NCBI GenBank assembly: GCA_951406725.2
Contig: OX597828.1
Span: 1,612,001 to 1,676,000, forward strand
DNA from: Octopus vulgaris
Taxonomy: Eukaryota
Direction: 5' to 3'
DNA length: 64,000 nt
Shown here: one piece after another, positions 50,456 to 64,000 of the stretch
Layout: each line of letters begins with the position of its first letter
Numbering within the stretch: the stretch's first letter is position 1
Made by a program: the position numbers and the translations under genes
Notes under the pieces: generated by a model
Seen by the model: the letters and a program-made list of their open reading frames with translations, nothing else
Databases searched by the model: none
What the model was told of the DNA's origin: nothing

Positions 50456-50545
50456 ATCTTACGATCGTTTCAGAGAAGAGTTGTCCCTATAATGAAATCC
50501 TATATTGATAAGCATTTATAGACAACGCTTCTGCTCTTCAGAGAT
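50456..50545 (-). ncRNA. Type I hammerhead ribozyme motif
   Basis: aucu-CUGAAGA-gcagaagcguuguc..gacaacucuucucu-GAAA-CGAUCG-UA-agau. Confidence 0.75.
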
Positions 50546-50659
50546 ATAAAATATGAATATTGTATAATATATCGAATGATAGTTTTTAAAAAAATTTGAA
50601 GTAAAACTGTAAAATGGTGTTTGTTTGAAATATAAATTAAAAATTTACAATTACTACTG

Positions 50660-50739
<80 letters not shown>

Positions 50740-50801
50740 GATAGATAAATAAATATGTGCATCTAGATATACATACATATATACATACACACACATACAC
50801 A

Positions 50802-50900
<99 letters not shown>

Positions 50901-52259
50901 TATGTAAAACGTGCAAAAGTATATATACATAGATACACACTTATCTTAATATATCAGAGCATTTGCGTGTGTGCGTGTGTTCGTATTTTCGCTATGGATT
51001 CGAAAACTGAGTTGCCGATTCTGATGTATAACGTATCAAAAGATTCAGTAATCTTTCAGTTACCAAATAAACCTTATTTTCATTAACATATTCTCATTAC
51101 AAAAATTTAACATTATAATTTTTCTCTAAGTCGACATTTTCTGTAAAACGACATTTTATACCACGTCCGACGACGACGTCACATTTTCTATATTAGTATA
51201 CATGTGTTTGCGCGTTCGTTACGTACGTTTGGCCGATGACTGACAAGTATATGTGTGTGAGTGTTTGTATCTGTCAGTATACATAATTTTTTGTGACGAC
51301 TAACACACATACACACATCTAAAGTTAGATAGACACACAAAGAGATAAATATAGGCCTGAGGTGTGCGTGAATGTATGTCTGTGTGTGTCTGTCTTAGTA
51401 TATGTATGTGACTGTACCGCCCAGCAGTGAAACGCGCCGATCTTGAAAGAGTATAGTTGCGGCCTGGACGTTGAACGAACAACAGCGTTCACTTTGAATT
51501 ACCACTGTTTGGATTTTCCTTTACATCATAAAAACTTGCGATTTAAACAGCATTAACGATTATCACTACTTTGTGCTGAAATACTATTCTGGTTTTTATA
51601 ACCAACATGAAGATTTGGCTGATTTGACAGCACTCACAACACTCGCAAATATCGGAAACTTGGCAAAGTAGAAAGCCTTAGCGGCTCTTTCAATATTATT
51701 ACAGTTGTGATTCAGAATAGTTCACACGTGTGCTGAGGCTGGCTAAAGGATTTTACATTTAGGTATAACTGGGGTACCTATGTGTACTCATGACTCTTGC
51801 TTGTGCTTTTTTCCATGGGTGCGTATAAGTATTTCTTACTGAAGAGGGAAGAATCATCTATAAGATTAATCCCGAATTTGATTCAATATAGAAATAACGA
51901 ACTTTTTAAAAAACATTCTGTTGGCTTGCTTTCCTCGATTTCAGCACAACGTGTATTTATAGTGAATGTATAATGAAATGGGAAAATTCTCGATTTAAAG
52001 TCTGTTATCGGCATATTGGCATCGAAATTTATATATATATATATACAGAGAGAGAGAGAGAAAAAAAACTAACATATATAGACTGTATTATGTATTAATT
52101 TGTGCTCATTGACTGGAGAAATTCAAATTAGTTTACATGCGGTTAGCGTTTCAGAAAATATCTAATCATCACGGTTTCTCAATATATGCGTGTCTGGAAT
52201 TATGTGATAATAAAAGACTCACAGTAATAATCGCGTGCATATATATGTGTATGTATGTA

Positions 52260-52330
<71 letters not shown>

Positions 52331-52759
52331 TTATATAGAGCGTAATAGAAAAAGAAGACAAACGCACAAGATGTTATTTAAATCATTTATGTCACCATAT
52401 CACCGGCTTATGTTTCGATTGATGCATTAAAATAAATCCAAGAGGAAGAATGATGTGGAATAATGTATCATTCTCACCAGGGAGGAGATTATAAACAACA
52501 GTGCTCACTAATAAGCCAGTTTTACAGATTTAAGAAACTATAATATATAATTCATGAAAAACAAAGGTGGATAGGAAACGCTAGTAAATTTAAAATACCG
52601 TTAAAAAAATTAACGTCATAGTACGAGAGAAGAAGAAAAGGAAGAGAGAAGGAAAATTAAAGGAGTAATGGGGGTATAAGCAAATAGAAGGTAAATGACA
52701 AATGGATAGAAATGATAAGGGCAAAAAAGAATAAAGTGTAAGTTGTAGATATTTTTAGG

Positions 52760-53190
52760 TAAGGGGGCAGATATTATTTGAAATAGTTGAAAGTGTGTTT
52801 TTTCCAATGTAAACACCTGTAAACACTTTCTTTATAGGTGTTGACCAGTGTGTGTTTGGGAAAAGGATAGATAGTTGTTCGTCCGTACAAAGAGAGCAAA
52901 AAGATTTCCCTTTATCATAGGGAAACGATCTTGACAAAATTTTCCATTCCAAAGAAAATTGTTTATTAGTCTTTGAGATGCTAAATTAGTTTACTAAGAC
53001 CTGTAGCATTACGTTTATGAAAATATTTAAGTTTAGAAAGATGGTTGGCCAAACGTTTTTTTTTAAATATTTTCCTGGATGAAATGCCAATATGAAAATA
53101 TTCTTTAGTTCCTGAAAAAACTTTATATTGATAAGCGACACATTTAATTCTACAATTTTCGTTGAGAACGCAAATTTTATTCGGACCACT
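52760..53190 (-). mobile_element. Penelope-like GIY-YIG C-terminal remnant
   Basis: LEWKILSRSFPYDKGKSFCSLCTDEQLSIL. Confidence 0.65.
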
Positions 53191-53223
53191 ATTACAAGTA
53201 CTATTACTATTATTTAAGAAGTG

Positions 53224-53256
<33 letters not shown>

Positions 53257-53823
53257 ATTGTTATGACAGTTATTAAGCGAAAACTTTTAACCGTTAAGAA
53301 TATAGTTGTCATGTGAGGATATAATTTGTAGGAGGTTATTAGTGTTGGAGAAACCAATTCTGATATGAGTTGAGAATAGAGTAATACCTGGAATTTTGGG
53401 GAAAGTTCCTTTCGATGGCTTATTTTATTCTATCTTATTATTTATTTTACTTTATTTCTTATTATATTCAAATCAATCTGTTAACTCTCACGCACACGCA
53501 AAAATAAAAATAAAATAACTTCATATATTTAGTCTGCCTGTATGAACTAAGAGGTCAACATGTTATCTTTTATTGTATTTCTGTTTCCCTGATGATATTG
53601 TATTAATATCTTTTATATGCGAATTTAAAAAGCATAAATTTGTAATTTATACATATTTTATACACACACATATACATATATATACGCACATACATATGCA
53701 TACGTATGTACACACACACATACACGCACAAACATATCATGAGTAGTTCATATATTCGAAAGAGAAGCATACTCTAAAATATTAGTGCAGTAATATATTT
53801 TTCGTTTGACTCAAAATCGTTTT

Positions 53824-53880
53824 GAGTCTGATGAGTTGCCAATACTAGCTACTTTATGAGTACGAAACCAATGTTCACTC
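53824..53880 (+). ncRNA. Degenerate hammerhead motif
   Basis: gagu-CUGAUGA-gu..ac-GAAA-ccaauguuc-acuc. Confidence 0.5.
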
Positions 53881-54282
53881 TATGACCGGCTATAACAATT
53901 AACTTCCTAACACACACACACACGACAGTTATGTTTTTCTCTTATGTGTATATATTGCATTTTCCAATTAAAGTTTAGTTTGTTTGCAGAGACCACAAAA
54001 GGCAATACCAAATTCAGAAGGAGGGAAACTTAAAATATTATTACGAAAACAAAACTCAATAGCAAACATGAAAACGTATTTATTCTTTGTCAGTTACTTT
54101 TGAGTTACTGAAATTAATATAACAATGAATTTTGCTATAGATCTCAAATCGAAGTTAGCATACATATACATACTTTGTGATTTTTTCGTTACAAGCGTAT
54201 ATCACACACGCTCACACACATGTACACAATACACACATTCATTATACGTACGTTCATAAATATATACATATAAATAATGATA

Positions 54283-54460
54283 TCATCATCATCATCATCA
54301 TCATCGATTAACATGCGTTTTCCATGCTGGCATGGGTTGGACGGTCTGATTGCGGTCTGGAGAGCCAGCGGCTGCAACAGGCTCCAATCTGGTCTGGCAG
54401 AATTTCTACAGATGGATGCCCTTCCTAACGTCAACCACTCCGAGAGTGTAGTGGGTGCCT
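54283..54460 (-). mobile_element. SINE/LINE-derived 3' tail with a (GAT)n end
   Basis: (CAT)n followed by ccatgctggcatgggttggacgg..ggatgcccttcctaacgtcaacc. Confidence 0.6.
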
Positions 54461-54483
54461 ATATATACATATATATATATCTT

Positions 54484-54524
<41 letters not shown>

Positions 54525-54992
54525 ATATATATATTCATATACACATACATATATGTGTGCATGTTGTGTGCTTGAGTGAGTGTCTATGCAAGCGGACGTG
54601 TGAGTTTTTGCGTTTTTGAGTACATGAGCACTAAATGAAATACTTTGATTCAAATGTGTTAAATTCCTCCTTTGATAAGATGCTAGCACAGTGCAGGTGT
54701 CATCCGCAGACTTAGTATTTATTGAAGTTGGTAAAATGAGAAAAATTACTCTATATATTCTTCATAGTTACAATAAAGATGAATCTGAATATTTCAATAT
54801 TCTTGCAATCACTTATTGATTTCCGATTCTAAACACACATTCACGCATGTTAGCACATCTACACACAGCTATACATACTCCACCAAATCCGCGCTGATAC
54901 AATAAAAACATCGACAGAAAAAATACACACATAAAAGCAGGCTCACTTAAGTTTATACTAAGATATCTTTGAGAAGAAAACTATGTGCCTAC

Positions 54993-55202
54993 CAGTCTTC
55001 ATCGAGCCATTGAAGCATGCCACGGCAGCATACTCTTTATAATAACACATCGACACCGGTGGAAGTTGGGGACATTGGTCCAGAGTCGTTTCATTACCAG
55101 TACAGCTTAACTGAGATAAGGTATGGTCCCATGTATGGAGGCCATATACTCCACAGCAAATTGGTATACCATTTCCATGACCCAATTCTCTGCACACCAC
55201 AG
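54993..55202 (-). CDS. SRCR domain 1 (type A), second exon
   Basis: attatag|CT..G|gtaggc, 210 nt; TVVCRELGHGNGIPICCGVYG..LSCTGNETTLDQC..YAAVACFN. Confidence 0.93.
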
Positions 55203-55599
55203 CTATAATAATGATAAAAAATAAAGTGAAATAAAATTTAGACATGTAAGAATTCGGTTATGGAAAAGATATGTACATGTCAAAAATTGGTTTTAAAAAG
55301 AAAAAAAAATCTGTTGTTTATATAAAGTAATTAATGTTAAACTAGTAATATATCTGAAATTGTATAAACACAACAATATGTTTACAATTACAGTAACATG
55401 TATGTATGTATGTATGTATGTATGTATGTATGTATGTATGTATGTATGTATGTATGTATGTATGTATGTATATATGTATGCATGTACACGTGCAGATTTG
55501 TATGTTTTGTTTTAAGTATGTCTTCTCATGCATATACTTGCATATCTAGACATGCTCATATATACTTAAATAGTAAACTTCTGGAAAGCTTTACATATT

Positions 55600-56045
55600 T
55601 TTACAGTTCCAGTGATGGCTTAGATCTGCAGTCTTCCAATCAGCTTTCTCCTATCTGGTTTTGAGAAGACTAATTTCTCATGATTGCTATTTAGGCAGTG
55701 TATTACGTATCCCAGTGCCCTAATAATTACAGGTATAACCCTGAGCTTGTAATATGGATAGAGTAACTGCAGATTTCTCAGTGGTTCAGCGTAGGTATTC
55801 TCTTTTTCACTGATCTTCAGCTTTATGTTAACATCCGGTACGGAGCCGATTTCCACAACTGTGCACAGTTTCTCTTCTCTAACCCAAATCATTATATCAG
55901 GTCTGTTGTGATTACATTCTACTGAGGTTTTCACTGGGACATTCCACCAGTACTCCATTTCATAATGAGGGGTTATGGCTTCCACCATACTGTGGGTTAT
56001 TACTTTCTTGTCTTCAGGGCTATCCTTTCGACGGATTTCGTTAGG
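55600..56045 (-). mobile_element. R4/Dong-like LINE endonuclease-end remnant
   Basis: YWWNVPVKTSVECNHNRPDIMIW..VVEIG..EKENTY..IPVIIRALG. Confidence 0.75.
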
Positions 56046-56367
56046 CTATTCAGAAAGTCCTGTGGTCTGCAGCTTGAATATGACTGGAGTAAACACTCTA
56101 CTAGGGCATGAATGATAACATCGGACGTAAGACCACGCGTTACACTTTACCAGGTCCGTATTAACGTGCATGTATGTGTGTGTGAGTGTGTGTTTGTGTG
56201 TGTATGTGTGTGTATGTGTGTGTGTATGTGTACATAAGCACGAACATGGTTCTGTGGTTAAAATTAGCTTCTGACCACGTAGTCAAGTGTTTAGGTTCAA
56301 TGTATATCACTTTAGGCATGTGTCATTTACAATAGCTTTGGTCCGTTCAATGTCTTTTGAGAGGAAT

Positions 56368-57591
<1,224 letters not shown>

Positions 57592-57849
57592 TCGCACAAA
57601 CAATAGTAAAATGCGACCAAAGTTCAATAACCCACGTACTGGATATAGCGAAATACGCATCTAAATACTAACTAAGGAGATGTAAACCGCAATGAAAAGC
57701 ACGAATTACGGCCAAATCGTAATAGTAGAAATGCTAATGATACAGCTAACACGGTAACAACGTCGGAAAATGGAGTCGGAACTGCCTTATATACAAATAA
57801 ATATGATAAATGCTCATGCAGAGAAAAATAAAATAAAAATCGCCATTGA

Positions 57850-58200
57850 TGAGTCTCTGTATGAGTACAAATCTTGCATATAAATGTACCGTGCACACAA
57901 GGGGAGGCCCGTATTCTTGCTGATTCAATTAAGAATCATAATCGTAACCATGTCGCCAGCTTTAGACAATCAATAAGAGGCATTCAACAATTTGGCCGAT
58001 TTTGTATGGCGACTGAAGGAGGATAAAATTAAGAATAGCATAACTTGGTCCATAGTAAGGCACGCGAAACCATAAAATATAATTTCTAGGAGACGCTGTC
58101 CTAGCTTCGAGGAATCCCTGACTAATGAGAAGATCATTAATAGAATTTTTGAAAGACTCTCAAGAGGCCTACACGCATATAAGTGTACTTTCGCACAATG
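57850..58200 (+). mobile_element. Penelope-like GIY-YIG remnant
   Basis: NLAYKCTVHT..NHVASFR..LADFVWRLKEDKIKNSITWSIVRHAKP; frameshifted. Confidence 0.6.
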
Positions 58201-58687
58201 CAGTGGGAATGAGTTTGAGTAACTGTTAACATAGTTTACTTTTAACCTTCCTGTTCTTATAAATACCATGTAGATATTTAACTCGCTTTGTGGTCGTGAG
58301 GGCACCAAACCACATGTGTGCGTGTGCTTACATTTTCGCGGATGCTTGTATGAGCGATTGGACACGCGCCATGCAGCTTTCACGGGGGCGTTTATGCATC
58401 CATATTTGTTAACGGTTATTTTTAATATTTTTCTCTCTGTATTGCATGTTCGTTTCTTTTTTGCATTTGTGATTATATTTTTGATCTTCTATAGAAATGA
58501 AGATATTTCCTTCGTTTTGCTGCGTTTCTCTCTACGAAATGAGAAGATATATAGCGGAACTGTTATCTTAACGAGTTGCGTCTATCGATCACCCAATGAG
58601 ACGCATCTGCACTGCCGGATGTTTGTGGCCATGCTGGAGTACCACTTTAGTCGAGCAAATCGACACCAGGACTTATTCTTTGTAATC

Positions 58688-59092
58688 AAGTCACTGGAAG
58701 CATTCAATGTCACTACGCCTCCCCCACAAAAAGCGCGTCAAGGCCACGCTGGTTTCTTTCATCATTGCGAAAGGAATTGTCCACACAGTATTTCTTCCAC
58801 GTGGTCAGGTTGTTAACCAGGCATTTTACTTGGCAGTTCTGAAGCATTTGCGAGACGCGGTGTGACGAAAACGTCCCGACTAGTGGCAAAGTGGTGAGTG
58901 GTGGATTCATCATGGTAATACACCTGCGCACACCGCCTTGATTGTGAGACAGTTTGTGACCAAAAATGGCGTAACCCCGTCTGCATTACTTCAAATGGAG
59001 AATATTTTGAAGGCGATAAAAGCGTAAACATGTAAATTAAATGAATAAAATAATATTTCAAAATTCTGATTTTTTGGGGGTACCTTATCGTA
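58688..59092 (+). mobile_element. mariner-type transposon 3' remnant with TIR
   Basis: KGIVHTVFLPRGQVVNQAFYLAVLKHLRDAV*RKRP..IHHGNTPAH..NGEYFE; ends tttttgggggtaccttatcgta. Confidence 0.85.
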
Positions 59093-59149
59093 TTTGCTAA
59101 ATGACTGGTATCTTTCATGCATGCGCGTACAAATATATGTATTTATAGA

Positions 59150-59543
59150 CTAGCACTATCGCCCAGCGTTGCTCGGGTTTGTAAGGGAAATAACTATATA
59201 AGCATTTTTAGAGATGTAAAGTATAATAGCCATCTCTATATGGCTAAGTACAAAGGGTGGGGTTACTGTAGCTTTTTATGTTCTGAGATTTAAGAATAAA
59301 GTTTTAGAGAGTTACTTCCCTTATATATGCCAAAAATGCATTAAAAATGGGAAAAATTGATGGTAATTTCTTTTTAAATCGTAGACTCATCGTAGACGCG
59401 CGCTAATACCCAGAAAGGCTCGATATGGATCACGACTATAAGATACCCGGTTTTGGTTAAACTGCACCGCAAAATGTGGGAATAGTTAGGAATCTAAATC
59501 TTAGGAGACAGACAGCACACAACCTCACTTTTATATATGGAGA
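59150..59543 (-). mobile_element. Non-autonomous Helitron
   Basis: Minus strand: A|TCTCCATATATAAAA..tgtctgtc 5' end, subterminal hairpin cccgagcaacgctggg, then CTAG|T; no TSD. Confidence 0.8.
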
Positions 59544-59859
59544 TATCAGTCAAGGAAGATAACTCCAATATGCGAAGCAATACTTATCTAGTTTCCAGGA
59601 TATACTATCACGAATTACCTCCCTTGTACTGTTTTTTTTTTGCATGACAGGAACTAATATGATTCAAGATGATGGTTTATGGATATGTAAATGATGGCAA
59701 ATGCCAGACTTTCTTAGAAGTCTTAAAATTCAGTATTGCTATGCAATTCAAGAGAAAGTTTAGGAGCATTCATGTATATCATCTTGTTCTGTAGCAATAA
59801 TACATATATGTATTTACATACATACTGAAAATGATACACTGGTGTTTTCGATAAAGTTC

Positions 59860-60290
59860 AGGTATGTTCTGTCGTACTCACTTTACTTTACAGACACTTT
59901 GATCTCGTCTATGTCATTAAATCCTTTTCTCAAAGACTGTCCGTCATTCGACTAAACAGGCAGAATACGGGTCCACCGATTACTGACCAGTTCAATTTGC
60001 CAAAGATGTGTGATGAATGTAAATATTTACAGATTTTTCGTTCGGTCTCTTCCTCCCAATGTCTTCTCTCATTTTTTTTGTCTCAATGTACAGCTCGACT
60101 TTCACTGTACAGCCACATTCGTAGGAGAATGATCATTTTGTCTCAGGGAACAATCACCTATATTTTTCTGTCGACGACAGGCTTGAAAGTGTGACGACTT
60201 TCCTTGAGCATTCGTTTTCAGATCATAAAAATACGCCCACGTTTCATTGTCGGTCACCAGATCGGCAAAAAAGCTACTGCTTCATTGGTT
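59860..60290 (-). mobile_element. Degenerate mariner transposase remnant
   Basis: LVTDNETWAYFYDLKT (cf. ITGDETW.Y.YDPE); later PYS. Confidence 0.55.
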
Positions 60291-60427
60291 TCAAATACTT
60301 CTAGACCTCATTATAGCGTAATTACTTCTAGTTTTCATTATAGCCTTATTATTCCAGTACACATTATAGATAAAACATTAGACATGATTATAGCCTATGA
60401 ACGGTAATGTCAATACAAAATACATAC

Positions 60428-60532
60428 TGGCATCTTCTTTGGTCCAGTTTAGATCGCATAATGTTCCCCAGCTACCACGTCGTCGGATTTGTACAATTCC
60501 ATTGGAAAAATTATCTCCTTCAGTTAGTCGAA
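60428..60532 (-). CDS. SRCR domain 1 (type A), first exon; the gene continues upstream beyond the window
   Basis: ttttccag|TT..A|gtatgt, 105 nt; RLTEGDNFSNGIVQIRRRGSWGTLCDLNWTKEDA joins in phase 1 to TVVC at 55202. Confidence 0.9.
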
Positions 60533-61023
60533 CTGGAAAATAATGTTTTGATGCAGGTTTGAGTTTCATTAATCAAGAACAATAAATACACGTTTGAAGT
60601 TACACACAATTGGGCGAAAATATAAAAAATATTATGCCTATTGAGCGGCAGCGCATATAATATACTTAAGACGCTCTTAAGCAGGATAGTAGAAATACAA
60701 AGCAAGGCAATGCGTGGTTATGAGTGAGAATAAAGTTAGAAATTTAGAGAGGGCAGTATTTTATCATTGAAAACTCGATTTACACAACATTTGGTTAACA
60801 AATAATGGAATTCAGGATATTCAGGTTAGGATTCAGTTAATATTCTTACAACAACTTCAGTGAAGGGAAATATGTTCTATTAGAAATAAAATTTAACTTT
60901 AATGCATTTGATAGATTTAGAGTTTTATTGAATGAAGTTTGTTTCTAAATGAGTTCCTTTGAATGAGCAAGAGGCAGCTCAGTGCACCTCTCACGCTAGG
61001 TCTTATGTGTAGTAACAGCAACA

Positions 61024-61100
<77 letters not shown>

Positions 61101-61293
61101 TTGCAAGATTTTTGGTGTGAAATCGTGTATTGAAACATATATTGTTGTATTTAGGAATGGTCATTTTGCCAGTTTAGCCAATAAAAACACACGCACTATA
61201 TATTTGGTGTTACTGTGCTTCAGCGTTATTTAATTTTTACATTAATCTTAATCTTATTTCGGCCAGAGTTCTTTCGTCACACTCTTGTGACCA

Positions 61294-61354
<61 letters not shown>

Positions 61355-61480
61355 GTATATAGGATAAAATCCTTTTAAGAGCAGTATTTACGCGTTGAAA
61401 ATATAGCTTTCTACTTGTTCTACAGTACATTTCAACACTTCAAAAACAAACTTAGGTTTGTTTACATATGACGTAATATA

Positions 61481-61538
<58 letters not shown>

Positions 61539-61543
<5 letters not shown>

Positions 61544-62790
61544 GTAAAAAGTGAAAAAACTACAGAAGGCTTGTTTTAAAAGGTTAAAAAATATATATTT
61601 GAGTCAATATGTCTGAAGAATGTTATAAATTTTTTTCCTTACAATGACAAACATCCCCTTCAAGAAGGATATGCACAATAGTGTCAGAACAAAATACCAG
61701 GAACATTAGACTGCAAGAACTCAAAAACACCCTAATTGACAGACATTACCCAGCTCAACTCATAGAGGATGGGATCAAACGTACAACAGAAATCAACATA
61801 GAAACTTTAAGAAAAGTTCAACACAACAACACACCTTCCCCGAAAATACTACCTTACATATCCACATACAACCCCAGAAACAAAGAAGCCTTCACCATCA
61901 TCACCCAGAATTTACCAATACTTCATAAGGACCCCAAATTAAAGGAAATTCTAAACACACACCAAATCATTAAAAGCTACAAACAACCTAAATCACTTAA
62001 AAAGATTCTCACAAAGGCAAAATTGTTTTCTGAAATTACGGATGCAAAAGTAAAAAAAATGTGGTAGACCGAACTGTGCAACATGTCCAAACCTGCTAGA
62101 AGGATCAGAATTCCTCTTCAAAGAGGGACAGAAATTCAAGATCAAATCTAATTTTACTTGTGCCTCTGAAAACATAATTTATGTCATAAAATGCTCGGGC
62201 TGCCACCAAGACTACGTGGGATCCACGGGACTATCACTCAGACGTAGATGCACACTGCATCGACAACAGATTGCATTCCCAGAATACAGAATGATACCCT
62301 TTAGTGAGCACATTGAGAAATGCGCAAAGCAACTACTACCACAATTTTTAATCTTTCCATTTTACCAATGTGCTATCGGATCATCAACACAAACTAGACT
62401 AAACAAGAAAACATTCTTCATTGAAAAGTACAAGCCCAGACTTAACCATTCCAACATACTTATACAGAGAAATTCACTCCAAAAGAAAGGCAAAAAATTT
62501 TAAGCGATTATCTTCCTTACACCGGAAGAAATCACTTATTACCTCCCCTTATCTGGAACTCTTCTCAACATAAACATAACGATAACTCTTCTCAACGTAA
62601 ACATAACGATGTAAGACATTTGAAAAGCTGAACGCGAAACCAGTCATTTCTTCTAAACTATGTCATTGTAAGGAAAAAAAAATTTATAACATTCTTCAGA
62701 CATATTGACAAGCCTTCTGTAGTTTTTTCACTTTTTACTATTTTCTATATATTCAACCACGTGCTTTCACAAACCAACTTTCTCATCTAT
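61539..62790 (+). mobile_element. 5'-truncated Penelope element (thumb + GIY-YIG) with an inverted pLTR copy at its 5' end
   Basis: ICTIVSEQ..LIDRHYP..PYISTYNP..YKQPKSLKKILTKA, frameshift near 62055, CGRPNCATC..NIIYVIKCSGCHQDYVGST..KYKPRLN; 61539-61649 is the reverse complement of 62661-62744. Confidence 0.9.
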
Positions 62791-62834
62791 ATATATATAT
62801 ATATATATATATCAAGTAATTTAAGATTAGATAA

Positions 62835-63150
62835 GGTATATAACACTACTTACAAAAATCTGAGCCATTGCTCCAAAAGCCACCATAAAAAAATTACGAT
62901 AAAGTAAGGAACGCACACGAGCTAACGCAATGAATATTTTAGAAATAGATGTTAAATGCTGTTTTCAACTGAAGATCGCAAAGGATGTTTGTCATGCAAA
63001 GCGTGGAATCATCTGGTATTGAAATAAGCATTACTTAGGTAAGCCAATTTCTGAAGCGTTCATTGCATTGCTCGTGCGTATTTTTATAGTAATTTTAATG
63101 GTGGTTTTTGGAGCAATGGCTCTGATTTTAGCAAGTGGTACTATATACAC
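62835..63150. mobile_element. MITE-like imperfect palindrome
   Basis: gagccattgctccaaaagccaccat..cacgagc..gcaatgaa is mirrored by ttcattgc..gctcgtg..atggtggtttttggagcaatggctc. Confidence 0.7.
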
Positions 63151-63235
63151 TATGTTAAAGTAATTTATATTGTGCCTGTACAGGTGTGAACTTGCTACCC
63201 ACCTTATTATTACAGTAAATAACGGTAATAATACA

Positions 63236-63274
<39 letters not shown>

Positions 63275-63883
63275 TAGAAAGAAGAAAGAAGTATGTATGG
63301 GGGAGAGTGGTATTCTCAACGGCTAGAGTAGCGGTAGGGAAGGAAAAAGAGAAAGAAAGAGAGAAAAAGTAGAGAGCAATGCCGGATGCTGGTCAGCATA
63401 TTATAAGGGGGATGAGAGGTATCAATAGATAAAAGGAATAGAGGGAGGGATAGAAAGGAGAGATAAGAAAGTGAGAAGATGCGGGTGGAAGGATAGGTTT
63501 GAAAAGTCACTGAGGTGGAGGGATAGTAAAAGAATGTGGTACAGAAGGAAGGGGAATACTAAATGTGAGTAGTAAATCTCGAGGAGGGAAGGGGTGAAAT
63601 AATAATGAAGAGTGCTAGGAGTGAATGTGGAGATATAATGGTCAAGTTTTTAAAAACAGACGCAGGCATTTATATGAAGTCAGAGAGTGTATTCACTAAA
63701 GTGAAGGAGGAATGTTATAGTGGGGGGGGGTGTCTGATAAATCAGTGAGAGAACGAAAAAAGTGTATATAGATATACAGATTTATGCGCACACGCGCACA
63801 CATATACATATATATGTATATATAAACGTGCATGGATATAGGTCCGCATACTCACACACACATATGTACATATATATCGATAG

Positions 63884-63935
<52 letters not shown>

Positions 63936-64000
63936 TCCAAGAGAGTTAGAGGTTGTGAATCCAACCAACTAAGGGATAATGTCTATCCAATATACTGCTG

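Overview
AT-rich, microsatellite-dense animal genomic DNA. The SINE repertoire points to an octopus or other coleoid cephalopod (inference). One host gene is evident, on the minus strand: a spliced multi-SRCR (scavenger receptor cysteine-rich, DMBT1-like) type I membrane receptor. Twelve coding exons are readable from 60532 down to the stop at 19114 (about 1,330 codons); the 5' end lies beyond the window. Its ten SRCR domains form a higher-order (A-B-C)x3 + D array, followed by a Ser/Thr mucin-like stalk, one transmembrane helix and a tail with an FDNPLF motif. All introns are phase 1, and the first B-type domain lacks its N-terminal third. The rest is repeats: Penelope-like elements (one RT frame open for about 1.17 kb to the window edge), about a dozen minimal type I hammerhead ribozyme motifs (several inside fold-back inverted repeats), tRNA-derived SINEs, R4/Dong-like LINE pieces, mariner/Tc1 remnants, a non-autonomous Helitron, MITE-like palindromes and very long (TA)n arrays. 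Nearly all long ORFs in the supplied track are microsatellite artefacts. Everything was read by eye; nothing was computed or searched.
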